A stretch of DNA of 64,000 bases from Basidiobolus meristosporus CBS 931.73 (Eukaryota; Fungi; Basidiobolomycota): NCBI GenBank assembly GCA_002104905.1, contig MCFE01000433.1, positions 1 to 64,000 of the forward strand, read 5' to 3'. Under the pieces are notes generated by a model, which had not been told where the DNA came from, ran no database searches, and saw nothing but the letters and a program-made list of their open reading frames with translations. Shown piece by piece: positions 41,201 to 54,191 of the stretch; the stretch's first letter is position 1; every line of letters starts with the position of its first letter. Both the position numbers and the translations under genes were made by a program.

Positions 41201-42050
41201 CCCAGTCTCATCAGGAATATTACCTTTAAGTCCATTATGGATGTGATGAATTGGCATCTGGAGGACACCCAGGAAGAGTTGGAAAATACTGAGGACAAAA
41301 AAGCACATGGAGACACTTATGCCTATGGCATTAAGAAGCTAAGCAGCCATAATGTGTGGGTAATCAGGCAAGTAATGCAAAGTTGTGTTGGGTGCAACAA
41401 GCAACTAATTTTTATTAGGAGAACTCTACCAGGCTATGCCAGATTTCTCTTGTCAAAAGCCAATCTCTATACCATTCAATATGGAATTGAAACTAACAAG
41501 AGCCAGAATGCACCTATAAGGGGGACTGGAATCCAGCAGGGAGAAGGAATATATTGGCTAAATACCAACAAGCTCTTTGCAGATATTTTGGAGGTATTCA
41601 TGGCAGAAGTGGTGTCAACCAAGCATATGCTTTGAAGATGTATATGCTACCAGCACTACAGGGCATATAATAGCTTTGTAAATATGTCATTGGTGGCAGT
41701 TGTGCATATTTTCAGAGGTTAGTGAGCAGGAAGCTAAAGTATTTCTTGATTCAAACTATATGTGGAATACCCAAGGTTGTAGTGAGCAAGCAAACAAAGA
41801 GGGGCAATTCTACAGTGAACATATGAATTGCATAAGGGGAGATAGAGAAAGGAAATACCATTTGGTCAATTGGTATGGTAGCATTCTACAGAACTAGCTG
41901 TAAAATTAGCCAAACACTGTTGTGATCCCATTATAAGATTGTGTGGATAGCCATTAGTACTAAGCTGCTAGCACTATGGTGGTCTCTTTACAAGATCTTG
42001 ATGGCTAATCTGGATGAGATTCACCTGTGGGACCAAATTATTTTCATAGG
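38260..42050. mobile_element. Decayed CACTA/EnSpm-like element, copy A (accessory ORF relic on minus strand, transposase relic on plus strand, internally deleted)
   Basis: Collinear with 45135-49610. Fragments such as 39464-39700 (QLGAVADRIDAMAQRNQ) and 41054-41635 (LPYPSLIRNIT..MDVMNWHLEDTQEEL) match copy B. Many stops. Confidence 0.7.
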
Positions 42051-42059
42051 GATGGTAGT

Positions 42060-43890
42060 TTTGGCTATTTCTGGTCTAATTAGATCATGTGGCATTTGAT
42101 ACTGGGATGATCACATCTGTGACATTCTTGGGCACTGAATTAGGCTCAATCACTGCTTTAGGGTCCGCTGGACTCAAAAAGTTTTCATGAGTTTGCTGCA
42201 ACTTGATCCTGACAATTGGTGGACCTGTGAATAGTGTCTTGTTATCATGCAATGTCATTTTTTGTGATATTTTTAAATTTCATCAAACAACAACTCTCTG
42301 GACTTGCTCAGCTTTTTTGCTTTGGCATAGTTCAGTCTGTATGACTTCCTTTCATTGGAGCAGCCCAAAAGTATGCTTTTTACACTTTTTGGCTGAGATT
42401 TTGATGGAATTCCAGGCTGTTTCACGGCATACACTGTACACCCAAGTACTCTTTGATGTTCTTCACTTTGTCTATATCCATATCATGCCTCAAGTGGGGT
42501 AGATCCACTAGAGATTCCACTATAACTCCTATTTTTATAGTTTACAGCTGTGGTAACTAATTCTGCCCAAAAATCATAGAATAAATTTTGATCATGGACT
42601 ATAGATCTCACCATATCAATTATTGATCTGTTTGCACAGTCTGCTACTACACTTTGCTGTGGGGAGTATGGTACCACAGTCTGTTGCTTTATCCCATGAA
42701 TCTTGCAGAAGTGGATGAAGAGTTTTGAAGTATACTCTCTACCATTGTCAGCACATATTTTTGTGACTTTTTAACCAGTTTCACTTTCCACTATGGCTTT
42801 AAACTCCCTAAACTTAGACATAGCCTTTTCCTTTCTCTCCATGAAGTAGACCTATGTGTAACTTGTATCATTATCAATAAATGGGATTAAATACTTCATC
42901 CAACCAATGAATAAATTTTGCATAGGTCAACATAGATCTGAGTGAATTAGACGTGTTTTTTCTTAGCTTTGGCTAACTCAGAGCTCTTGAAATGTTGTAT
43001 GGCTTATTTCCCATATATACAGGCTTCATGGTGCTCTAAACTTGCTAGGCAATCAGTTTTTCATTTCAGCTACGTATATTGGCTTCCAGATATGACAGAA
43101 TATAAGTCAACTTTGATAGAATCTGATCCCTAATACCTTAAGTAAAATGAACACCATTTTGATCAGTGATCCTGCATCTAGAATTGTAAAATATGAAGCT
43201 GAGTCCTTCTGCAGTGGCTTTACTTACTGATGATAGGTTTTTGGCCATTGCTGGTACAAAGGGTACTTCCTTGAAGGTAGGAGTAACGCTTCCTTTAACA
43301 TTACTAAGGATTACTTTGATAATTCCTTCTCCTACCACAAACTGTTTCAATGTAACCCATGAATACATTCATAATTGAAATTTATTGATATTGGGCAAAA
43401 AGTCCTGTTTGATGTGTTAAATGTAGAGATGTGCCAGAGTAGTACACCACGTAGGAGAATCCTTTTTGTGGTCATAGTAAGTGCTGATATTAATAGTTAA
43501 TCCTTTGTTGTGCAACATTTCCATATTCAGGCTTCTTTTGCTGATTATCTCACTGTTTATAGCACTGGTCGGATGTGTGTCCTTTCTTTTGGCAGTGATT
43601 GCAAAACAGGTTGCTGTTGCCTTTGAAGGGTCTCAAGCACCTTCTTTAGTGATTATTGTTGCTTATTAAAGCATCTTGTACTTCCCTTTTATTGGCACTT
43701 GATTTTTTTAATTCCTCATCCAGAAGCCCTTCATATATGTAATTTAAGGTCAAATAAACAATGCTGAAATCTTATGCTGATACATGTCCCTGAAACATAA
43801 CTGCCAGGCAATTCAGGATGGAAACTATCACATCCTCTTGAGGAGCTAGTATGATCACAGATTCAATTGCATCCACCATCATGGTACTAC
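42060..43890 (-). mobile_element. Degenerate Ty1/copia element: gag zinc knuckle, protease/GAG-pre-integrase region, integrase
   Basis: CNHCQKKGHTSDQC near 43560-43610. 43138-43368 (EVPFVPAMAKNLSSVSK..RCRI). 42483-42677 (PYSPQQSVVADCANRSIIDMVRS..FWAELVTTA..KNRS). Confidence 0.85.
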
Positions 43891-43894
43891 TCTG

Positions 43895-44560
43895 TAATAA
43901 ATTATTGAGATGATCCCGTCAAAAGGCCATCACAAGTCAAAGTCCCATGACTAAGAGGTACTATTCCCATCAGGACACTGTCCAGATACTGTTGAAAAAT
44001 AATTGCACTCCAGATTTCTCAAAAAACTTAGTCAAAATCTTTCATCACTACAATGTATAAGTGGCATCTGATTGGTTCCCTGCCAATTTGCTCACTTTCT
44101 GATCCCAGACACTTTATTGCCTTCTACATTTGTGTGACTTCATTGGCTATTGCTTCTTTTTCACACTTCTTACTTCCTGACTCAACCATTTCTCTTACTC
44201 TTCACACATATAATTTAATTTATTTCCATTGAAACTTCAGTTGTACCTCAATTCCAACTCTTGTGCAAACAGCAGTTTTCTAGTTGCTAATTTTTCTTGG
44301 CTCTGATGGGATTCAGTCTGTTCCTGGCTTGTGGAATCAATTGGCAAGAACTGGGGTTTTTTTTTCATGCCTCCCGGTCTCAGGCTTGGGTAGACATCTT
44401 TCCCTTTCCCTTTTTCTTTATCACTACCAGGTCTTTCACTGCTAATTTGTCTGAGTGCTTCTTGTAAAGAACTACGTTTTCTCCCGGATAGATTCTGCTC
44501 TGACACATCTGTTTTGGCCTGCTTGTTGCTTGCTGGCACTCTTCTGGCAATCTGGCGCCC
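43895..44560 (-). repeat. Partial, internally deleted duplicate of the CACTA-like accessory-ORF 3' region
   Basis: 43895-44255 matches 44565-44920 (e.g. GATGATCC.GTCAAAAGGCCATCAC), then jumps to sequence matching ~45420-45670. Confidence 0.7.
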
Positions 44561-46970
44561 ATGAAATATTATTAAGATGATCCTGTCAAAAGGCCATCAC
44601 AAAGTCAAAGTCCTATGACTAAGTGGTACTGATCTTGTCAGGACACCATCCAGAGACCATTGAGAAAAGTTGCACCGCAGATTTCACACAAAACTTAGTC
44701 AAAATTTTTCATCACAACAATGTATAAGTGGCTTTTGATTGGTTCCCTGTCAATTTGCTCACTTTCTAATCCTGGACACTCTGTTGCCTCCTATGTTGGT
44801 GTGACATTATTGGCTATTGCCTCTTTTTAACACTCCTTACTTCCTAACTCAACCATTTCTCTTACTTTCATGCATACAAATTGATTTATTTCTGTTGAAA
44901 CTTCAGGTGTACCTCAATTGCCAACTGTACTGACCTATACAAGTCTCTATACCCTACACTAATATTAAGCCCAACCCCAAACTCAACAAGTAACTCCATT
45001 AAAATCCACCTCTCAATAAGTATTTCTGCAGTAACGCTCTGGTTCCACAACTTTGGCGGGAACTCACCAGCTTTATGCCACTGTTCATTCAATGGCTCTC
45101 ACACATCCTGGCATTCAGTCAGCACTGCAAGGTCTAGATCTTCATCTGCCAGTCTTTGCAATAAATCCTTGCAATATTCCAGTGAAATTTCTTGAGCACT
45201 GCTCTTGAAGAAGTGCTGCAACCTCTTGGTGTGCCTATTAATGTACCAAAACTCCACTGAAGGCATTGTGATAGTCTCTTGAGCTCTTGATATTGTAGCC
45301 TTTTCTGTCAGTAGGATCTCCATCCTGTCAATAATGGAGCCTGTGGAGGCTGTGGTAGACAAATTGCCTTTTTCAGCAAACTCATCTACCTTGCTGGAGT
45401 GTAGCTCAACTGGCTGCGCTTCCAACTCTTGTGAAAGCAGCTGTTTTCTTGTTGGTAATTCTTCTTGGCTATGATGGGATTCAGTCTATTGCTGGCTTGT
45501 GGCATTAACTGGGTAGACATTTTTCCCTTTACCTTTTCCTTTATCACTGCCAGGTCTTTCACTGCTACTTTGTCTGAGTACTTCTTGTAAAGAACCATGT
45601 TCTCTCCCGGATAAATTCTGCTCTGACGCTGCTATTTTGTCCTGCTTGCACTTGCTGGCACTGGTCTGGCAACCTGCTATTTTTTTCAGCTTGTTTTGAG
45701 CTCTCAACTGTAGTTGTGACAGGCTCCTGTAATAGTAGCTGGTTTTTATCACTGCCAGGTCCTTTGCTGCTACTTTGACTGGGTGCTTTGTGAGTGGTAC
45801 TACACTTTTTCCTTGATAAGTGTTGTGCTGGTGCATCCATGTCTGCCTGCTTGTCCCTAATTGGCACTCTTCCAGCTGCCTGATGGTGTTCCCCTGCTGT
45901 TACATTGGGAAATGGCTCAATTCTTGGCTGTGACATTGAGCTACTTGAGATCCTTCTTTGCAGCAAAGATTATGCTGTTTCTACCTGGGATATTGATTGC
46001 TCTACATGTAATATCTGCTCATCCTGTTTCTGCACTATTACCTGATTTCTCCGGGCCATTGCATCTATCCTATCAGCCACTGCACCTAATTGCTTCATTA
46101 ATGCTCTGGTACAAGCGGACAACATACTTGCTAATATGGGTGGCAGTGATGTTATTATGGCCACTTGCTGATCTTCAACTGAGGGTACTGCGTTTGCTAC
46201 AATCTCATCTGCCTGAGCATAGTGGTCTGCTTGTGGCTCTGCATAGGTTCTCAATTGCCAACTTGACTGAGAGCCTGAGGAGTCTGCATTATTACCTTCA
46301 ATGGGCACACTTTCCACAGGGCCTTTTTTGGATGTAGCCCCACTTGTTGCACTAGATATTGAAGCAAGCTGTTGTCCAACCATTCTTCTGTTGCCATCAG
46401 TGGTGGGGTTCAGTTGAGAACCAGACAACTTTGCTTTATTTTTTGGCGGCATATATATGGGAGTGAGTCAAACCAAAGGGGAAATAGTGTTACATACACA
46501 TGTCTATGTGGTGCCATAACTTTATTCATAATGCCTACTATGGCAGGTTATCATTGAATCTTACATTCATGTAGGTGCAATGTCTCAAATACAAGACTGT
46601 CTTAAGCTCACATGAGTATTGACCAAAACTTGACATAATAGCGTTATGTTGTTGAAGTTCAAACCGTTTGCCTCATGGACAAGACTGCCTCAATTCTATG
46701 CAGTAAGAGAAGAGAAAAAAGACCATGTGGCTATTGTGGCAAGCCTCTCAGCCATGAAGCACACAGACATCATAGGAAATATTACAAGAACCATGGCCAG
46801 TGTTTTGCTGCCAAAGTCATATTTGACCATTCATTGGTCACTATTGTACCAATATTACCTTGCTGGCCAGTTGATACTTCTATACTGACACCTGCCCATC
46901 TTTGTCACCTTGCGCAAATTGAGTCAGGTGAGTCTGTGACGCCGTTAGGCTTACCTCAAACTTCTGAACT

Positions 46971-47583
46971 AGATGCAAGTCTTCAGTCCCTCTGTGCTCT
47001 TATACATCCTGCATAACATTGATCCACAGAAAAAGGTCATAAAATGGATTTTCTCCTGCATAATAAGTGAACCACAGGGGCTGCTTTGCATGAAGATGCA
47101 GAGCTATGTTTCACACTCTGTGGCCAAGTATAGGCTCACCTGGCCTCCCTGGCACACTGTGGCATCATTTGGCAATCATGGCTCAATGTGGTGTTATGAT
47201 CTGCTGCTTGAATGTTTAAGTTAGATCAGTTTTTAGTCAAATCAGTTTGTATATGTTTATGTTATCAGTAAATCAGTATTATCTATCAGATCAGTAGCAT
47301 TAGTCAGCAAATGAATCAGCAGATCCTTATCAGACAGAATTTGATATATTAAGTGGGATCTTATTGGGTGATGATGATGCAATCAAATGAGTCATCAGCC
47401 ACAACCTACATAGGAAATACAATTAGTCAGTATTTGATCTGGCAAATTCATATAAGGAGCTGCTGGAAACTCAATAAAGATCAGTTCAGGTCTTAGTGAA
47501 TACAATACTAGCCAAACTCCCTATTCCTCTACAACTCTTATACCAAGACTTGTAACAGTGGCACTATCCAATTGAGCAAGTCT
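46971..47583. mobile_element. Older, one-armed copy of the Harbinger foldback MITE (right arm plus TIR), split by a solo LTR
   Basis: 46971-47191 aligns to 58857-59077. After the LTR it resumes GTGGCACTATCCAATTGAGCAAGTCT (47558-47583), a degenerate right TIR, followed by AAT. Confidence 0.8.
47192..47557 (+). repeat. Solo LTR, 366 bp, with 4-bp TSD GTGG
   Basis: Starts TGTTA and ends TAACA. GTGG is duplicated at 47188-47191 and 47558-47561. Removing it restores AATGTGGCACTATCC of the MITE. AATAAA near 47474. Confidence 0.85.
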
Positions 47584-47746
47584 AATAATATGCGCATTTA
47601 CATGACAGCCATTTATCCAAAGGAACAAGTCTTTTATCTGCATTGGAGAAACCCCAGCCATTAGCAAGAAAGCAGGTTTTTCTGGGCACAATGGATGGTT
47701 TTACTGTTGAATGTGTGAGATCCAGGGGATTTAGTCCATAACTCAT

Positions 47747-48637
47747 ATGCATTATCATTACCCAAACACTAGCACTAAGTGCATTATCTTCCCACTAAGA
47801 GAATGTACAGAAGTAAGCATGCAATTGCAGCATAGTTGGCAAGCTATAAGCCATCAGCCAGAATATGGAATCAATTGGAAACCGGAGATACTTGAGATAG
47901 AGGGTGTATGTTGGAGCAAAAGCTTTCCACTGGGAGCAATGCATTTGCTTTTCAACAATATCCCTATACTGCTGACCAAGTTGTATATAGGGCATTTCAA
48001 ACTAAATGTGCCCTTCAAGATACTGGAGAAATTTGAAAGAATTGGCAAGATACTACAGAATATCTGCTACACCAAGTACTTCTCATGGGCTCCAATTAAT
48101 ATTCATACACATATGCCATAATACATATGCAATGACTGGATGAGCTGGATATCTATTTATTTAGGTGGTGTTCTGAGACCATTCCTACCAAGAATACATT
48201 GGAAGCATTGGGAGTCATATGTGGCCATTGTAGGAATATTTATCCAGATGCAGATCACCAATGCCAACTTTGCACATCTTCAGCTGTTGTATGAGGAGTT
48301 TGTGACAGGATTTGAGCGGCTATACTACAAGCATAAAGCTGAACGCGTAGATCTCTGCTGCTACTGTATCCATTCTCTACCCCACCTTGAACAGCATGTG
48401 GAGAATATTGGGCTTTGCTTCACCTTTTGGAAGTTTCCTATGGAGTGGATGCGTGGGGAGATAGGAAGACAAGTCAAGTTGCAGGTATTACCATATCCCA
48501 ATCTCATCAAGATTATTACCTACAACTCCCTCATGGATCTGATGAGATGGCACATGGAGGACAGCCAGAAAGAGTTGGAGAATACTCAGGACAAATGTGC
48601 AAATGAGACACCTATGCCTATGACATTAAGAAGCTAA
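47747..48637 (+). pseudogene. CACTA (Tnp2/Transposase_21-type) transposase relic
   Basis: KSFPLGAMHLLFNNI..L..LYIGHFK...FERIG; HWKHWESYV..., GFERLYY...RVDLC..CIHSLPHL...IG..FTFWKFPME...GEIGR...PYPNL. This is the conserved core of fungal CACTA transposases, with stops and frameshifts. Confidence 0.75.
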
Positions 48638-49619
48638 GCAGCGCCAATGCATGGGTAATCAGTTAAGTAATGCAAAGTTCAGTTTAGTGCAACAACCAAC
48701 TAATTTTTATCAGGAAAACTCTACAAAGATATGCCAAAATTTTCACGGTCAGAAATCCACTTCTACACCATTCAATATGGACTCACACAAACAAAAGCCA
48801 GGATGCACCTATAATGGGGACTAGAATCCAGAAGGGAGAGTGAACATATTGGCTAAATACCAACAAGCTCTTTGCAGATATTTTGGAGGTATTCATGGCA
48901 GAAGTGGCAACAACCAAGCATATGTTTGTAAGATGTATATGTTACCAGCAGTACGTGGTATACAGAAACTTTGCAAGTATCACACTAAAAAGCCATAGAG
49001 CTGAGGTGATAGAAGTATGACAATTGTGGCAGGTGTGTGTGTTTATAGAGGTTAGTAAGCAGGAGGCCATAGTTTTTTTGATTCAGACTATATGTGGAAA
49101 ACCCAAGGTATTAGTGATTAAGCAAATAAAGAGGGGTGATTCTACAGTGGAATAAATGAATTGCACAAGGGGAGGTAGATAAAGGAAATACCATTTAGTA
49201 AATTGGTACAATAGCATTATACAAAACCAGTGGTAGGCTGTCATACTGCCAATATAATGCCATCAGAGTCTTGCTGTGAGGCCATCAAAATACCCTCAAG
49301 TGTCTTATGTTATAAGGCAATTGGGTGTGCTGGCCAGCTGGATCCACTTAAAGTAGTTATAGAGCCCTAAAAGACTGCAACAATACCATGCAAATATTGT
49401 TACCGCACCAACAAAGTATTATCAAGTTTTATCCGTTTATTTGGTTGTAAATTAGCAAAACACCATTGTAATCCCATCATAAGATTGTTAGGAGGGTCAC
49501 TAATTCCAGGTTGCTAGTATTATGATTGTCTCTAAATGGGATCCTGATGGCTGATCCTGATGAGATCCACCATGGGACCAAGTTATATCTCATAGGGCTA
49601 CTGCTAATTAGGTTCCTCA

Positions 49620-50030
49620 TTTCTTCTCCTGGCGCAATCTTTATAGTAAAGAATCTTATCTAAGATACACTTTCTTAGCAGCTGAACATGACTGGTATAT
49701 GTCTTCTAATGCCTTCTAGGCATTTCTTGCAGTTTTTGCTCCAAGGCACTCAATTAGCAATTTGTATTTGGCAATAAGGCAAATGCATTTAAAGGCACTC
49801 TGTTCTTTCTTCTGGTACTTTAAAGCTTCCTCTCACATATTTTTTAGGAGGGCATTCTGCTCCCATAATAGTATTCCAAAGCCCTTTTAATTTTAGCAGC
49901 ATCTGCATCTTCACCTTCAACACTTGGTAGTTGAATCTATCCAACTTTTCAGCAGAGGGAGAAATTACTGTGATAGCAGTGCTACTACTAGTTGATAAGC
50001 AAAGTCAGGGCTTTCCAATGGCACCAAGCT
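49620..50030 (-). mobile_element. Ty1/copia gag fragment
   Basis: ...SAFKCICLIAKYKLLIECLGAKTARNA*KALEDIYQSCSAK...RFFTIKIAPGEEMRN; similar to the gag at 57850-58365. Confidence 0.65.
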
Positions 50031-50036
50031 CCCTTA

Positions 50037-51960
50037 CTATGGTAGGGTTTTGACAAAGTTAATGTTTGTATCCATTGTGGTAATAATCAATTTACAGTCT
50101 TCCATTTTGTACTTCTTTAGTATATCTTGAGTATACTTGGGTTGACTTAGGACATTAATCTGTGTACCTCTGTCTATGGACAACATCATCCCTAAGTAGT
50201 AACTGAGTTCTCTTAGATCAGACATTGCAAGCTTTTCAGATGGGCTGGATTTAGTCTCTCCCAATGTTTCAGGGTTATTGGTGGCACTAATAAGTTCATC
50301 CACATATAGATCTAATGCAACTGGATTGGCCATATCTGGCTTATAGTACAAACAATAGTCAGCATTACTTCTTTGGAAACTCAAAGATTCCAAAAAAATC
50401 TATGTTGCAATTGCATGCCCTTGATCATTATGCGGGACCATACAGAGATTTTTTAAGCATGCAGGCCAAATAAGGACCTTCCTGGTCAGGAAACCTGTCA
50501 GGCTGGTTCATATACACATTGTCATTAAGCTCTTTATTCAACAAAGCTGTTTTGCATTCATTTGATATATCAAGAACTTAATATTGGCTGCAATAGCAAA
50601 TAGTAATCTGATGGAAATAAGCATGGCTACTGGTGCAAAGGGCCCAGTATAGCAGGTTCTTTTGATTGGGAGTATCCTTTGGCCGCAAGTCCAGCCTTGT
50701 GCCTTTCAATTGTATGAATATCCTTGTATCTTGCCATTTAAGACCTATCTGTACTTGGCTGATTTTTGGTTGACTTGTAATTTGACTAACTATCAAGTTT
50801 GATTTTCCATCAAGGCCTGACACTGCTCAGTGATTGCAGTTTGCCAAGATTTTGTCTGAGGGCTATATAGGGCCTCTCTAGCAGTCTGGAGCCTATTAAT
50901 ATGGACCAAATAGGCATAGGCTAATTTGAAACCTCATTGATGTAGTAATTTGGGCTATTTCTGGTCCACTTGGAGCTCCTTGCTTGTAATACTGGAGTGA
51001 TCACTTCCGGGATATTCCAGGTACTGATTTGGGCTGTACCTTTGTGGTAAGGTGTTCCAGGGTGACAAAATATATATTGTTTTGCTATAATGCAATCCTG
51101 CCTATTGGTGGATTTGAGAACAGATTCTTGTCATTGACTGATGTCTTCTTTTGTGAATATCTTGAATTTTCATCAACCATCACATCCCTGGACTGGATTA
51201 GCTTCTTTGCTTTGGTATTTTAGGGTTTGTATATTTTACTCTCATCTGAATAACACATTCCTGGCTGTGATCTTGTTCTTTACATTGTTATAGCAAAGTC
51301 TTTATGCTTTGCAATTATTGCAGTTGCCCCAAAATATGCATTTCACACTTTTGGCTCAAATTCTTACTGATGTCTGAGGAGTTTCTTGGCTTATGCTATA
51401 CACCCGGATATTCTTATACACTCCGCACTTGATCTATATTCATACCGTGCATCAAATGGAGCACAATCACAAAGTACTCTGTTATAATTCCTATTTTTAA
51501 GGTACAGAGTGGTGGCAAATGATTCTGTTCATAAATCACAAGATAATATTGGTCCATAGAGATGTGAGTCAATCAGATTTAATTCTTTGTTAGTTCTGAT
51601 TAGCCCAGAGTTCATGAATGGCTGCCTGGCTTGTTTCTCATTTATATAGACTTTACAGTGCTCTACACTAGCAGGGGGATCCGCTTTTTCTCTGAATATA
51701 AGCTGATCTTTGACAATTTTGCACATATAATCAGATTTGATGTGTAGAAATCTCCTGTGCCAAAACCTTAGTATTTCTTTTTTAAGTTGACTTAATTGGC
51801 TTCCAAATGTGAAGGAATATAAGTCAACTTGTACAAATACTGACTTCTGCAACACAAAGAAATATGTGCATTATTTGTATTGGTAATCCTGCATCCAGAT
51901 TTGTCAAGCCTAAAACTAAGTCCTTCTGCTGTGACCATGCCTACAGATAGTAGGTACTTA
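50037..51960 (-). mobile_element. Degenerate Ty1/copia pol (integrase to RT)
   Basis: 50037-50393 reads FQRSNADYCLY...LDLYVDELI...MSDLRELSYYLG...LSQPKYTQDILKKYKMEDCK. 51529-51855 is GAG-pre-integrase/integrase start (WHRRFLH, HCKVY...KQARQPF, LNLIDSHLYGP). Confidence 0.85.
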
Positions 51961-54191
51961 GCTAGTTATGGAACATAAGACTTGTTCTATTGGATAGTGC
52001 CACATAGTACCAGCCTGTTTATAGTGCCAGACCAATCTGGCACCCTATGGCACCATCTGGCACTATAATTTCTACCATGATGCCAGTGGTATGATACAGT
52101 TACTGATAATTTTACTCAATCTTACTTATGTTGCTCAGAATAGTGCATTGCTTGCTTTATTTTCTCCTCATAATGCTCCAGATACATTTCTCTCAGTGGA
52201 TGTATTCTTGTATGAAAATACTATGCGTTAATAAGTATCTTAACTATTTTACCTATTCTGCTATGTTCTCTTATATATGACTTTCCTCTGTATTTACCTG
52301 CAAATATGCTGAATATCTGCAGATATCCAAATGTGTGCTCTACCCTTACTCTGGAATAATTAAATATCTCATTTTAGAGCTGGTGCTTCCTGCTAAGCAC
52401 ACCAGTCCTTGGCTTCCTATATGCTGTAATACTCCCTAATTGCTGACAATTCTCTCCTATATAAGCTAAGTCTGCCATACATTTCTCCCCTCTACTGAAT
52501 TCTGGATGATTCTCTACCCAGAGTGCTTTGTCATGCCTACTTCCAGCAAATGGCCCACTAAACCAGATGATGTTACCCTTGATGTCAGACAGTGCTTGAA
52601 ACTTCTCACAGAGTACCTTGTACTTGCCAGAATAAAAGTGCCTCTGCCCTCTAGATGGTCTGTTAATCTTGACTAGGAAGGTATCCAAAATACTCCTAAA
52701 ATGGCACCTACTGCTGAGCACTCTAGGAAATGGAAGTCTACTGGAGCTTCTCAACCTAGTATTCCAAGCTTGCTCTAAGTCATTAATACCCTCTGCAAGG
52801 TGGTTTGCCATTGCTGTTAGCTGGGAATGGAAGCTTCTAGGACTTTTGTTGCCATGGATGGTGTGATGAAACCTTGTAGGGCTATACTTCTTTTAATAGC
52901 AGAGAAGCTTAACATGGGATCTCCTTGAGTAGATTGGGGCAGATGGTCCACAGTACTTGGAATAGATCTCCTCTAGTGTGTCAAAAGGAAATCATGTGGT
53001 AGTGATGGGATTGATGAGGGAAGGCCATTCAGATGAGTAAGTCATATTAAAATTGGTAAAGGATTGAGTCAAAGTGATTTGAGTTGATTTGGCACAATCC
53101 GCATTGTTTATCTGATTTTCCATGCATTATGATTAAATCTCCATCAATTGCCATGTATCTTGCCATTGTTCTACAAAAGTCATCCTTTGAGCTCAGCTAA
53201 GGGCTATGCTAATGCATCAATTTGCACCTGCATGTGCCAATTTGCCTAACCATCAGCAATTTTCTTCTGGTGAACTGACTGATGATGACCCACATGAAGT
53301 GCCTCAACCACCAGAGCCCTTGGCAAGTAGAAGCACACATCAGCACATGGCACTTCAGGCCGGTTCAGTAGGCTCAATTGGAGCAACTCAGCATGGCCAG
53401 CTGCAGCATTGCACTCATCAACTAGGAGGCAAAATACTGACAACAAATACACAAGTAGCCAAGTTGACAGTCAACAAGAAAGTAGTATAGGAGTGCAAAG
53501 TGAGTCACTACCAAATGCTGCAGTAGTATTCCCTGTGAGAAGAAAACCCAGGAGATGATGATGCAATTGCTTTGAATTGCTATCATTTGTAATGATCCCA
53601 ACAACACATTTTTTTTGCAATCCCAATTGAGCCATTGCTAATCAGCGATCAGCAAATTCTTGATATAATTGATTTCAAGGTTGTTTCATATTTGAGACAG
53701 AACCTCTTTAAATAAACACCCTGTATAAAAACACATAATCTGTAATACCAATGAGGCTATTGGATCTGTTTGGCACCTACCCAATCACTAGCATGCTAGC
53801 TATGACACCTTGTCCAATCACTAGGATCAAGGATTTACTTGCCCAATAGGCAAAATGAGATATTTGAGGGCAAACCAGGTAGCTTGTTTAATAGTCAATG
53901 AGCCAATTGGGGGCTGCCAGCGTCAGGATACTTTTGGACCAATTAACCTGACATACCGTCTAGTTGAAGTGATGGTAACCGAAACAATAAGTATCAGTGT
54001 AGTTTATAAGACTTGTTCCGTTGGATAGTGCCACATAGTGCCAGCCAGTTTATAGTGCCAGATCGATCTGGCACTCTACGGCACTATCTGGCACTATAAT
54101 TTCTACCATGATGCCAGTGGTATGATACAGTTACTGGTAATTTTACTCAATCTTACTTATGTTGCTCAGAATAGTGCTTTCCTTGCTTTAT

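Larger units (their letters stand above)
44565..49610. mobile_element. Decayed CACTA/EnSpm-like element, copy B, with head-to-head accessory ORF (minus, from MPPK at 46452) and transposase (plus)
   Basis: Accessory ORF fragments at 45970-46452, 45565-45966, 45099-45425 and 44886-45092. Transposase fragments at 47747-48637. Termini not identified. Confidence 0.7.

Noticed and set aside
49200-49610. Possible captured membrane-protein gene at the 3' side of the CACTA copies
   Set aside because: The frame has many stops and could equally be transposase 3' sequence or a retroelement relic; not assignable.
54009-54110. Repeated TAGTGCCA/TGGCACTA units resembling a CRISPR-like array
   Set aside because: Irregular 8-bp motifs in both orientations next to a TIR are transposon subterminal binding sites, and the context is eukaryotic.
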